Shown here in pieces: positions 18,432-27,008 of a stretch of DNA of 64,000 nt. The notes beneath the pieces were generated by a model, which was not told the origin of the DNA, did not search any database, and worked only from the letters and a program-made list of their open reading frames with translations. The stretch spans positions 992,001 to 1,056,000 of the forward strand of contig JBHYGA010000001.1 in the NCBI GenBank assembly GCA_051859245.1, given 5' to 3'. Source of the stretch: Gemmatimonadaceae bacterium. GTDB taxonomy: Bacteria; Gemmatimonadota; Gemmatimonadetes; Gemmatimonadales; Gemmatimonadaceae. Made by a program: the position numbers and the translations under genes. Numbering within the stretch: position 1 is the first letter of the stretch; each line of letters starts with the position of its first letter.

Positions 18432-19154
18432 CTACAGGCCGCGCGATTGTGACGAACGCAGGCGGTAGCCGAAACCGCGCACCGTTTCGATCAGGTCGCC
18501 TGCGGCGCCAAGCTTGGAGCGCAGACGCTGCACGTGCATGTCGACGGTACGCGTTTGAATATCGGGCGCCGCTTCCCACACGGTTTCGAGCAGATGACCA
18601 CGCGCCTGCACCCGTCCGCGGCGTTCGGCCAGCGTGATGAGCAGTTTGTATTCGGTGGGCGTCAGCTCAACGGCCTGATCGTCTACGTGCACCGTGAGCG
18701 CGGAGCGGTCGATTTTCATCGGACCGATCGCGAGCACGTCCGAGCTCGACGTTTTGGGCTGCGCAAGACGACGCAGAATGGCCGCCACGCGGAGCACCAG
18801 CTCCTGCGGCGAGAACGGCTTGGTGAGATAGTCGTCAGCACCCAGCGACAGGCCGCGAATGCGATCCACTTCTTCGCGACGCGCGGTGAGCATCAACACG
18901 GCCACTTCCCGGGTTGATTCCTCCGAGCGCAGAATCTCGAGCACTTCAAACCCAGACATGCCGGGGAGCATCAGGTCGAGCACCACGAGCGCTGGACGTT
19001 CGCGACGGGCAATATCGATGGCATCCTGACCGGACGCCGCCGTGGCTACGCGATATCCTGCTTTGGCGAGGTGATAGGCCACCAGCGCAACAATTTCCGG
19101 CTCGTCGTCGACCACCAACACGCGATCCGTGACCGCTGGCGCGACGGCGTTCAT
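18432..19154 (-). CDS. phoB: OmpR-family response regulator PhoB-like
   Basis: VVDDE, LDLMLPG, GADDYLTKPFSPQEL, wHTH RTVDMHVQRLRSKL, ETVRGFGY. Confidence 0.88.
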   Translation of the reverse strand: MNAVAPAVTDRVLVVDDEPEIVALVAYHLAKAGYRVATAASGQDAIDIARRERPALVVLDLMLPGMSGFEVLEILRSEESTREVAVLMLTARREEVDRIRGLSLGADDYLTKPFSPQELVLRVAAILRRLAQPKTSSSDVLAIGPMKIDRSALTVHVDDQAVELTPTEYKLLITLAERRGRVQARGHLLETVWEAAPDIQTRTVDMHVQRLRSKLGAAGDLIETVRGFGYRLRSSQSRGL

Positions 19155-19789
19155 ACGCGCACCGTCGAACGTGCGCTCAAGCGCTGCTGGATTTTGGCCA
19201 CGAGCATTTCAATCGCAATGGTGTTGCTGCCGCCGCGCGGAACGATCACGTCCGCGTAACGTTTGCTCGGTTCGACAAACTGCAGATGCATCGGCTGGAC
19301 CGTAGACAAGTATTGATCAAGGACCGAGTCCAGCGAGCGCCCGCGGCTGGCCATGTCACGCCGGATCCGCCGAATGAGGCGAATGTCCGGATCGGCATCC
19401 ACGAACACCTTCACATCGCAAATCGTCCGTAACCGTTCGTCGGCAAGCAAGAGGATGCCATCGATAACAATGACATCGGTCGGAATCACCCGCCGCACCT
19501 GGACGCTTCGCGAATGCGACGCGAACTCGTAGACCGGGGACTCCACCGGTTCGCCCCGCGCCAGCGCCTCCAGGTGCGAGGCCAGCAGCGGCATATCGAA
19601 CGCGTCGGGGTGATCCCAGTTCACGTGATGGTGCAACTCATGCCGCGACAAGTGCGAGAAATCCCGGTAGTACGAATCCATATCGATGAACGCCACCGAG
19701 GCCTCACCCAGCGCCTCGGCCACCTTGCGTGCAACGGTGGACTTCCCGGACCCCGTGCCGCCGGCGATCCCGATGATCAGCGGCTTCAC
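19151..19789 (-). CDS. udk: Uridine kinase
   Basis: IGIAGGTGSGKST, DSYY, NWDHPDAFD, RLIRRIRRD, FVEPSKRYAD; ATGA overlap with phoB. Confidence 0.95.
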   Translation of the reverse strand: MKPLIIGIAGGTGSGKSTVARKVAEALGEASVAFIDMDSYYRDFSHLSRHELHHHVNWDHPDAFDMPLLASHLEALARGEPVESPVYEFASHSRSVQVRRVIPTDVIVIDGILLLADERLRTICDVKVFVDADPDIRLIRRIRRDMASRGRSLDSVLDQYLSTVQPMHLQFVEPSKRYADVIVPRGGSNTIAIEMLVAKIQQRLSARSTVRV

Positions 19790-19825
19790 GATTGACAGTC
19801 CCGACTCAAACACGACACGATGTAA

Positions 19826-19879
19826 AGGTTGCGGGGATGGCGTTTCCGACCGGCGACGATTGGGTCACGGTTGCGTATC
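19826..19879 (-). promoter_or_regulatory. Putative Pho box array and -10 element for udk-phoB-phoR (autoregulation)
   Basis: Pentamers GTTTC/GCGAC/GTCAC/GTATC at 19842, 19853, 19864, 19875. CGATTGGGTCACGG is 13/14 identical to 15630-15643. CAACCT at 19831-19826. Confidence 0.6.
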
Positions 19880-20042
19880 GACGCTCGTTCGGCATGGTCA
19901 TGGGCAGGCGCCAACCGATGCGGGCACCCGATCCGTTGAAAGCTCGTTACCGAAGGCAGCGGGGGCAACGGTCTACGCCGTTCCCGCACGACGCGCGAGG
20001 CGCTCCTCGGCGCGATACGCTTCGAGAGACTACCATTTCAGC

Positions 20043-23000
20043 ATGCGACTCTTCTCTGATTTTTCAGCCACGCGGCGCCTGGCCGGTGTGTCATGCGTTG
20101 CCGTTCTGGCGCTTTCCTGCGCCCCGGCCACCTCGGCGGAGCGAATCGCGCCCGCGCCCGTTGGTGCTGTCGCGGGAGACGGCGTCCGCACCGAGATTTT
20201 CATTGCCGCCACGACCGATGTGCACGGTCGCCTGCGCGGCTGGGATTACCAGACCGATCGCCCCGATTCGGCGCGCGGTCTGGCCCGGGCTGCGACGGTG
20301 GTGGACTCCCTCCGTCGTGAGCACCCGGATCGCGTGGTGCTGGTCGATGCCGGCGATCTGTTTCAGGGCAACCCGCTCACCTTTGTGGCATCGCGCGTGG
20401 ATCCGCAGCCGCAACACCCGGTGATCGCGGCCATGAATGTGCTGCGCTACGACGCCGCGGTGATCGGCAATCACGAGTTCAACTACGGTGTGAAGACCTG
20501 GGAAACGGCCATGCGTCAGGCGCGTTTTCCGTTTCTCGCGGGCAACGTGCGGTCACGCGATGGGAGTGCGCGATATCCGGGCGTGCACACTGTCGTGCGC
20601 AGCGGCGTTCGCATTGCAATTGTTGGTGCGACAACGCCCGGCAGCATGGTGTGGGACCGAGCGAATCTGGCGGCTGAGGGCATCACGATACGCGACATCG
20701 TGCCGTACGTGCGCGAGACCGTCGCATCGGTGCGCGCGACGCATGACATCGTGGTGGTGGTGATGCACAGCGGGCTCGGTGGTCCGTCGAGCTACGACGA
20801 AGCAACCACCGGCGTGGGACGCGAGAACGTGTCCGGTGTGGTGGCCGCCGAGGTGCCGGGCGTTGATCTCGTCGTGCTTGGTCACTCGCATCGTGAAGTG
20901 ATTGATTCACTCGTGGGCAGTACACTCATTGTGCAGCCGCGCAACTGGGCCGGCAGTGTTGCCATCGCCAACTTTGCGCTTACTCGCGAGAATGGTCGCT
21001 GGCGCGTTGATTCGCGGAAAGGCTCGTCAGTCCGATTGAACAACGTGCCCGAATCACAAGCGGTCATTGCAGCCACGCTCGGCGCGCATGAGCGGACGCT
21101 GGCGTGGGTCAAGGCGCCGCTCGGACAAACCACGGTTGCGTGGCGATCGGACAGCGCGCGTGTGCGTGATGTGCCGATTATTGATTTCATGCTAGAGGTC
21201 ATGCGGAGAACGGCGAACGCAGACATCGCCGCAACCGCCGCGTTTGCGCTGGACGCCGCGTTTGAGCCAGGCGCGATTACCATGGCGCAGCTCGCACGCT
21301 TGTATCCCTATGACAATACGTTGCGCGCCATTCGCATCAGTGGCGCGCAGTTGCGATCGTACCTTGAACATTCGGCGCGCTACTACCGCGCGCTCGGCGC
21401 CGACGGCCGCGTACCCGCAGGTGGTCTCATTGATCCGGACGTACCGGGTTACAATTTCGAGATTGTGTCTGGGGTGGAGTACACGCTCGATATCTCGCGT
21501 CCGATCGGGCAGCGTGTGACCGTGCTGCGTCGCAACGGTCGCGATGTCGCACCAAGTGACTCGTTTACAATGGCGCTCAACAACTATCGCGCCGAAGGCG
21601 GTGGCGGATTCAGCATGCTCGCCGGCGCGCGCACCGTGTACGATGAGGGGCGTGATATTCGAGAGTTGCTGGTGGAAGAAATCCGTCGTGTTGGTACGAT
21701 GAATCCCGCGCAGTATGCGCAGCAGAATTGGTCGTTGGTGGGCCTGCCAGCTGCGGCGAATGCCGCCACCGCTCGCGGAGTTGCGGCAGGCCGTGGTCTT
21801 GCGACAGCGGCACCGCGCGTGGCGCCCGGAACGAAGGTGCTGCGTGTGGTGTCCACGAATGACTTGCACGGCACGCATTCGCCGCGACCTGACGCGCAGG
21901 GCGTGCAGCGCGGTGGTGCGATTCCGTTGGCCGCGGCGATTGCCAAAGCGCGCCGAGAATGTGCGGTGAACTGCGAACTGTTGTTACTCGACGGCGGTGA
22001 CATGTTCACTGGAACGCCGGGCTCTGATTGGCAGTATGGTCGGCCAATGGTGGAATTCATGAACACGGTGGGATACACCGCTGCTGCGCTCGGCAATCAC
22101 GAGTTCGACTACGGTCGCGACACCATGTATTCGCGTTTCCGCGCCATGAAGTTTGCTGTGCTTGGCGCGAATGTTCGCGGGCGCGATGGACAGCGGCCGA
22201 GCTGGGTGCGCGCGGATACGATTGTTGAGCGTGCGGGCGTGAAGGTTGGCATTGTGGGCGCGGCCGGCACGCATACATCGGGCAGCACGAAAGCCATTCA
22301 TGTGAACGATCTCGCGTTTCTTGATCCGGCGCCGATTGTGAGCGAGCACGTGCGCTCGTTGCGTGCGCGCGGCGCGCAGGTGGTCGTGGCCGTTATCCAC
22401 GACGGTGGGCGATGTGAACGCAACGAGCCGGATAACTGCAACGGTGGCGTATTCGAGTTTGTGCAGGCGCTGACCGACAAGCCCGATCTGGTGGTTGCGG
22501 GACATTCACACACCATTTTTGACGCGCGTGTGAACGGCATTCCGGTCGTACAAGCGTCGTCGAGTGGACGCGCCATTTCGGTGACGGATCTGCCGCTTGA
22601 AGGCGCCGATCGTGTGCCGCGCACCGCAGTGCGCGATGTGTTCGGTGACTCGGTGTCGGGTGCAGATCCGGCCGTGGCGCGCGTGATCGAACGCTCGCTG
22701 GCAACGGTTGGCCCACGACTGCGCACGGTTGTCGCGACCAACGCCGTCGAACTGCGCCGCGAGGGGACGGAGTATGGACTTGGCAAGCTGATTGCCGATG
22801 CCACGCGTCTGGTGGGTCGTGGTGATGTGGGCATGTGGAACAACGGCGGTATTCGCGCGACACTTTCTGCCGGGCCCGTCACCATGGGTGCGCTGCACGA
22901 GGTCGTGCCGTTTGCCAACCAATTGGTGAGGGCGCGCGTACGGGGACGGGATCTGGTCACGCTGCTCAACAACTCCACGTACAAGCGCGGTCCCGATCTG

Positions 23001-23288
23001 CATCTCAGCGGCATCGTGCTCACCTGGAACGCTGAACGGAACGACGGTGACCTTGTGGAGAAGGTCACGCTCCCGGATGGACGTGCAATCGACCCGAATG
23101 CGATCTATACTGTGGTGATGAATGACTACCAGTTTGGCGACCCCGCTTCGATCAAGGGTGTGCCGTTTATTTCAGGCGAAGTGCTGACGGTGCGTGATAT
23201 CGACGCGCTGGCGCAGCATTTGCGCTCGCTTCCGCAGCCGGTGCGCGCTCCGTCTGACGCGCGGACGGTCAAGGCGGGTGCGCCGTGA
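20043..23288 (+). CDS. Exported tandem 2',3'-cyclic phosphodiesterase / 5'-nucleotidase (two metallophosphoesterase + 5'-nucleotidase C modules)
   Basis: Two sets of motifs: TTDVHG..DAGDLFQG..GNHEFNYG..GHSH..YPYDN and TNDLHG..DGGDMFTG..GNHEFDYG..GHSH..PFAN; lipobox LALSC. Confidence 0.9.
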   Translation: MRLFSDFSATRRLAGVSCVAVLALSCAPATSAERIAPAPVGAVAGDGVRTEIFIAATTDVHGRLRGWDYQTDRPDSARGLARAATVVDSLRREHPDRVVLVDAGDLFQGNPLTFVASRVDPQPQHPVIAAMNVLRYDAAVIGNHEFNYGVKTWETAMRQARFPFLAGNVRSRDGSARYPGVHTVVRSGVRIAIVGATTPGSMVWDRANLAAEGITIRDIVPYVRETVASVRATHDIVVVVMHSGLGGPSSYDEATTGVGRENVSGVVAAEVPGVDLVVLGHSHREVIDSLVGSTLIVQPRNWAGSVAIANFALTRENGRWRVDSRKGSSVRLNNVPESQAVIAATLGAHERTLAWVKAPLGQTTVAWRSDSARVRDVPIIDFMLEVMRRTANADIAATAAFALDAAFEPGAITMAQLARLYPYDNTLRAIRISGAQLRSYLEHSARYYRALGADGRVPAGGLIDPDVPGYNFEIVSGVEYTLDISRPIGQRVTVLRRNGRDVAPSDSFTMALNNYRAEGGGGFSMLAGARTVYDEGRDIRELLVEEIRRVGTMNPAQYAQQNWSLVGLPAAANAATARGVAAGRGLATAAPRVAPGTKVLRVVSTNDLHGTHSPRPDAQGVQRGGAIPLAAAIAKARRECAVNCELLLLDGGDMFTGTPGSDWQYGRPMVEFMNTVGYTAAALGNHEFDYGRDTMYSRFRAMKFAVLGANVRGRDGQRPSWVRADTIVERAGVKVGIVGAAGTHTSGSTKAIHVNDLAFLDPAPIVSEHVRSLRARGAQVVVAVIHDGGRCERNEPDNCNGGVFEFVQALTDKPDLVVAGHSHTIFDARVNGIPVVQASSSGRAISVTDLPLEGADRVPRTAVRDVFGDSVSGADPAVARVIERSLATVGPRLRTVVATNAVELRREGTEYGLGKLIADATRLVGRGDVGMWNNGGIRATLSAGPVTMGALHEVVPFANQLVRARVRGRDLVTLLNNSTYKRGPDLHLSGIVLTWNAERNDGDLVEKVTLPDGRAIDPNAIYTVVMNDYQFGDPASIKGVPFISGEVLTVRDIDALAQHLRSLPQPVRAPSDARTVKAGAP

Positions 23289-23614
23289 ACGAGACGAATA
23301 CGGCAGAGCCCGCTACCTTTCGCGTGTATGTGAATGAACGCGGCGTGTCAGTGCCGCATGGCGCCACGGCGCTCGATGCGGTTCGCGCGTTTGATTCGAC
23401 GTTCGACCGCAACGAGTCGGAGTTGATCGTGGCGGGCACGCGGCGACTGACGGACAGTCGCGGATTACCCGTCGGCAGCGAAACCGCCGTGCACGGCGGA
23501 GCGATCTACCGCATCGTGGCCGTGCGAGAATCACTAGCTGACAGTGAAGGTCCCACCACCTCTCCTGCGACGACGACTTCGTCGCCACCAATACCCGCCT
23601 CGGAGCTTCCGTGA
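23285..23614 (+). CDS. Small hypothetical protein, possible beta-grasp (ThiS/TGS-like) fold
   Basis: 4-nt overlaps with both neighbours; FRVYVNERGVSVPHGATALDAV pattern. Confidence 0.65.
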   Translation: MNETNTAEPATFRVYVNERGVSVPHGATALDAVRAFDSTFDRNESELIVAGTRRLTDSRGLPVGSETAVHGGAIYRIVAVRESLADSEGPTTSPATTTSSPPIPASELP

Positions 23615-24696
23615 GTCTTTCTGCATCGGCGTACGCGTTGTTACAGCGCCTTCCGAAAGCGGAGTTGCACGTACATCTCGATGGATCCTTGCGCCCATCA
23701 ACACTGCTCGACCTTGCCGCAACACGAGGGGTGGCGCTGCCGGTGCAGGACGTGGAATCGCTCGCGAGTTACATGCTGGTAGACGACGCGCGCAATCTCG
23801 AAGACTACCTGGCCCGATTTGAAATCACGCTGTCAGTCATGCAAGACGCGGAGTCGCTGGAGCGCATCGCGCACGAGTTGGTGATTGATGCAGCGGAGGA
23901 CGGTGTGCGCTACATCGAAGTGCGCTACTGCCCGTGGCTCAATACGCGCGCCGGTCTGGCACTTGAAGACGTGGTGCGCAGCGTGCACCGTGGCCTGGCG
24001 CGCGGTGAAAAGGAAACGGGTACGATTGCGCGCACGATTATCTGCGCCCTGCGAAATCTTGGTCCGTCGCACGCGCTGGACATGGCGCAGTTGGCCGTTT
24101 CACACCGTGCGCACGGCGTGGTTGCGTATGACCTGGCGGGTGCCGAAGCTGGCCATCCGGCCCGCGATTTCGCGGACGCGTTCGCGTTCGCTCGCTCGCA
24201 CGATCTGGCCGTCACTGTGCACGCCGGTGAAGGCGACGGCGCCAGTTCCATTCGTGACGCCGTGCATCTTTGCGGCGCGCATCGCATTGGTCACGGTACG
24301 AGACTCGGCGAAGATGCGTCGCTGCTCGCATACGTTCGTGATCGTCGAATCGCGCTGGAGGTGTGTCCCACGAGCAACGTGCAAACGCGTGTGTCGGAGT
24401 CATTCGCGCAGCATCAGCTCAAGGCGCTGCGGGCGGCTGGTGTTGTGGTCACGATCAATACCGACAACCGGCTCATGAGCGGCGTCACGCTCACCGAAGA
24501 ATACGCGCGCTGCGCGGAGCATCTTGGCTTCAGCATGATGGAGCTTGCTGATCTGTCGCTGGCGGCGTTCGAGGCCAGTTTTCTGCCGTGGCCGGAGCGC
24601 GTGAAGTTGCGTGCGCGCGCTGCGTACGACATTGGCCTGTGGCTGGACGATGTGCACGGAGTGGTCGAGCCGCAAACAGCGGAGGCGATGGTATGA
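23611..24696 (+). CDS. add: Adenosine deaminase
   Basis: LPKAELHVHLDGS, DLAGAE, HAGE, RIGHG, EVCPTSN, NTDN. Confidence 0.95.
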   Translation: MSLSASAYALLQRLPKAELHVHLDGSLRPSTLLDLAATRGVALPVQDVESLASYMLVDDARNLEDYLARFEITLSVMQDAESLERIAHELVIDAAEDGVRYIEVRYCPWLNTRAGLALEDVVRSVHRGLARGEKETGTIARTIICALRNLGPSHALDMAQLAVSHRAHGVVAYDLAGAEAGHPARDFADAFAFARSHDLAVTVHAGEGDGASSIRDAVHLCGAHRIGHGTRLGEDASLLAYVRDRRIALEVCPTSNVQTRVSESFAQHQLKALRAAGVVVTINTDNRLMSGVTLTEEYARCAEHLGFSMMELADLSLAAFEASFLPWPERVKLRARAAYDIGLWLDDVHGVVEPQTAEAMV

Positions 24697-25565
24697 CGAT
24701 GCCGTTTCGCACGGCCACCATGCCGGTGCCGAACGAAGGACCGGGTGCATTCGAAGCGATGCGCGCCGCGGAATCCATTCGCCATCGCCTGGGGAGCGCG
24801 TTTCACACGCCGGCGTGTGGCATTGTGCTCGGTTCGGGGCTGGGCGGGCTTGCAGCACAGGTACAGAATGCCACGTTCATTCCGTTCGCAGATATTCCGG
24901 GCTTTCCGAGTGCAACGGTGGCGGGCCACGCGGGGCAGCTGGTTCTGGGAACACTCGAGAATGTGCCCGTAGCCATGTTTGCGGGTCGACTGCACATGTA
25001 CGAAGGACACGCACCGGCTACGGCCGGATTTCCGGTGCGTGTCCTGCACGCGCTGGGTGCGCGTGTGTACATCGCGTCAAATGCTGCGGGTGGCGTGAAC
25101 CGCACGTACGAGCCTGGTGATCTCATGCTGATTGCGGATCACATCAACATGATGTTCAAGAATCCGCTCCACGGACCGTTGCAAAAGGGCGACGAACGGT
25201 TCCCGGATATGGCCGATCCGTACGCCAGGTCATTGCGAGCGATCATGCATAAAGTGGCGCATGATCGTGGCATTGATTTGAAGGAAGGCGTGTACATGGG
25301 GCTCGTTGGGCCCACCTACGAAACGCCGGCCGAAGTCCGAATGATTGAAAAGTTTGGCGCTGATGCCGTGGGCATGAGCACGGTGCCCGAGGTGATTGTG
25401 GCCACGGCGCTGGGCATGCAGTGCGTGGCGGTCTCGCTGATCACCAACAAGGCGGCCGGCATCAGTCTCGTGCCGCTGGCGCACGATGAGGTGCTGCAGG
25501 TAGGCCGTGAAGCGGCGGTGAAGTTCGAGCAGCTCATCCGCGGGTTTGTGGCGACGCTGGGCTAA
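24693..25565 (+). CDS. punA: Purine nucleoside phosphorylase (trimeric PunA/XapA type)
   Basis: VLGSGLG, GHAG, GRLHMYEG, NAAGG, GPTYETPAE, VGMSTVPE, TN.AAG. Confidence 0.93.
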   Translation: MTMPFRTATMPVPNEGPGAFEAMRAAESIRHRLGSAFHTPACGIVLGSGLGGLAAQVQNATFIPFADIPGFPSATVAGHAGQLVLGTLENVPVAMFAGRLHMYEGHAPATAGFPVRVLHALGARVYIASNAAGGVNRTYEPGDLMLIADHINMMFKNPLHGPLQKGDERFPDMADPYARSLRAIMHKVAHDRGIDLKEGVYMGLVGPTYETPAEVRMIEKFGADAVGMSTVPEVIVATALGMQCVAVSLITNKAAGISLVPLAHDEVLQVGREAAVKFEQLIRGFVATLG

Positions 25566-25576
25566 GGTTCCTGGCC

Positions 25577-25606
25577 TTGACAGATCAACGAAAGTTGATG
25601 TATGCT
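25577..25606 (+). promoter_or_regulatory. sigma70 promoter with ArsR operator 1; probably leaderless arsR2 mRNA
   Basis: TTGACA (25577)-18 nt-TATGCT (25601); perfect palindrome ATCAAC-GAAA-GTTGAT (25584-25599) in the spacer; ATG 5 nt after the -10, no RBS. Confidence 0.8.
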
Positions 25607-25611
25607 TCCAT

Positions 25612-25986
25612 ATGCACACCGCCGCCACCAAGATTGACCCGGCAACATTGGTTCGTCAGTTCCACGCGCTCTCGGATCCAACGCGACTGGCCATCATGGG
25701 CTCGCTTCGGAGCGGGGAGTGCTGCGTGTGCGACCTGCAAAGCTCGCTAGGCGCCGCTCAGTCCCGGCTGTCGTTTCACCTGCGGGTGCTGAAAGACGCG
25801 GGACTGATCGTTGACCGAAAAGACGGACGCTGGAGCTACTACCAGCTGGTGCCTGGCGCGGTGGAGTCGCTGAGCGACGGGCTGCTTCTGCTGGGGAGTC
25901 CGCGGGCTTCGTCGGGGCGCGAGCTGCCGCAGTTGACGGTGATCGGCGAAGGCGCGGAGGCTGATGCCTCAGGGTGCTGCGGCTGA
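25612..25986 (+). CDS. arsR: ArsR/SmtB-family repressor (second)
   Basis: ALSDPTRL, ECCVCDL, QSRLSFHL..L; C-terminal GCCG. Confidence 0.92.
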   Translation: MHTAATKIDPATLVRQFHALSDPTRLAIMGSLRSGECCVCDLQSSLGAAQSRLSFHLRVLKDAGLIVDRKDGRWSYYQLVPGAVESLSDGLLLLGSPRASSGRELPQLTVIGEGAEADASGCCG

Positions 25987-26079
25987 GCGGGCTTCAGACC
26001 AGCCAGCGCCTCTTTTTCATCTTCACCCTCCACACATTCGGATACGTGTTCTGAAGTTCGCTTTCTTGTGGTCCAACGC

Positions 26080-26095
26080 ATCAACAAATTTTGAT
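26080..26095. promoter_or_regulatory. ArsR operator 2 in front of the arsM RBS
   Basis: ATCAA-CAAATT-TTGAT, the same ATCAA-N6-TTGAT as 25584-25599. Confidence 0.75.
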
Positions 26096-26105
26096 CGGAG
26101 AGATT

Positions 26106-27008
26106 ATGACCATCCAGAAGACACTCCCCCTCGCTGACGCCGGCACGATCACCGAAACCGTTCGGCAGCGTTATAGCGCCGCGGCGAGCCAAGCGGCCGC
26201 CGGTCAGCGTGCGTCCTGTTGCAGTCCAGTAGACCTCACGCTGCCGGTTGCTGTCGCCGAACGCGCGTCATGCTGTGGTTCGAACGAGTCAGCGGCATCC
26301 GGTTGCGGCGACCCGATTACGGACAACCTGTACGACGGTGCAGAAACAGCGGGTGTGCCTGCCGGCGCCGTGCTCGCATCGCTCGGCTGCGGCAATCCCA
26401 CGGCACTGGCCGAGCTCAAGGCGGGTGAGGTTGTGCTCGATCTAGGCTCGGGCGGTGGTATTGATGTGCTGCTCTCCGCCCGGCGCGTTGGCCCCACGGG
26501 CAAAGCCTATGGCCTCGATATGACCGACGAGATGCTCGCGCTTGCACGAAAGAATCAGGCGGAGTCAGGGCTTACGAACGTGGAGTTCCTGAAAGGACAC
26601 ATCGAATCAGTCCCACTTCCGGATGCGTCGGTCGACGTGATTATTTCGAACTGCGTGATCAATCTGTCGTCCGACAAACGCACGGTACTGACAGAAGCAT
26701 TCCGTGTGCTGAAGCCCGGCGGCCGGTTGGCAATCAGTGATGTGCTGTCGCGTGGCGAAATCCCCGACGAGATTCGCAGCAGCATGGAAGCCTGGGTTGG
26801 CTGCATTGCCGGTGCGATGGACGAATGCGAGTTTCTTGATCTGGTGCGCGAAGTTGGATTTGTGGATGCGAGCGTTGAACCCACGCGCGAGTATGCACCA
26901 AATGACGCCAAGATGTTTCTCGAGATGGCCGGTGTGAATACCGACGATCTGTTGACTTGTGTCGAAGGCCGTTTCATTTCCGGTTTTGTACGCGCAATCA
27001 AGCCATGA
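26106..27008 (+). CDS. arsM: Arsenite S-adenosylmethionine methyltransferase
   Basis: SLGCGNP, VLDLGSGGGID, SNCVINLS, WVGCIAGA; Cys-rich N-terminus. Confidence 0.95.
   Translation: MTIQKTLPLADAGTITETVRQRYSAAASQAAAGQRASCCSPVDLTLPVAVAERASCCGSNESAASGCGDPITDNLYDGAETAGVPAGAVLASLGCGNPTALAELKAGEVVLDLGSGGGIDVLLSARRVGPTGKAYGLDMTDEMLALARKNQAESGLTNVEFLKGHIESVPLPDASVDVIISNCVINLSSDKRTVLTEAFRVLKPGGRLAISDVLSRGEIPDEIRSSMEAWVGCIAGAMDECEFLDLVREVGFVDASVEPTREYAPNDAKMFLEMAGVNTDDLLTCVEGRFISGFVRAIKP

Noticed and set aside
25972..26020. arsR2 ending GCCG-TGA as a selenocysteine read-through
   Set aside because: No convincing SECIS hairpin; C-terminal CC endings are normal in ArsRs
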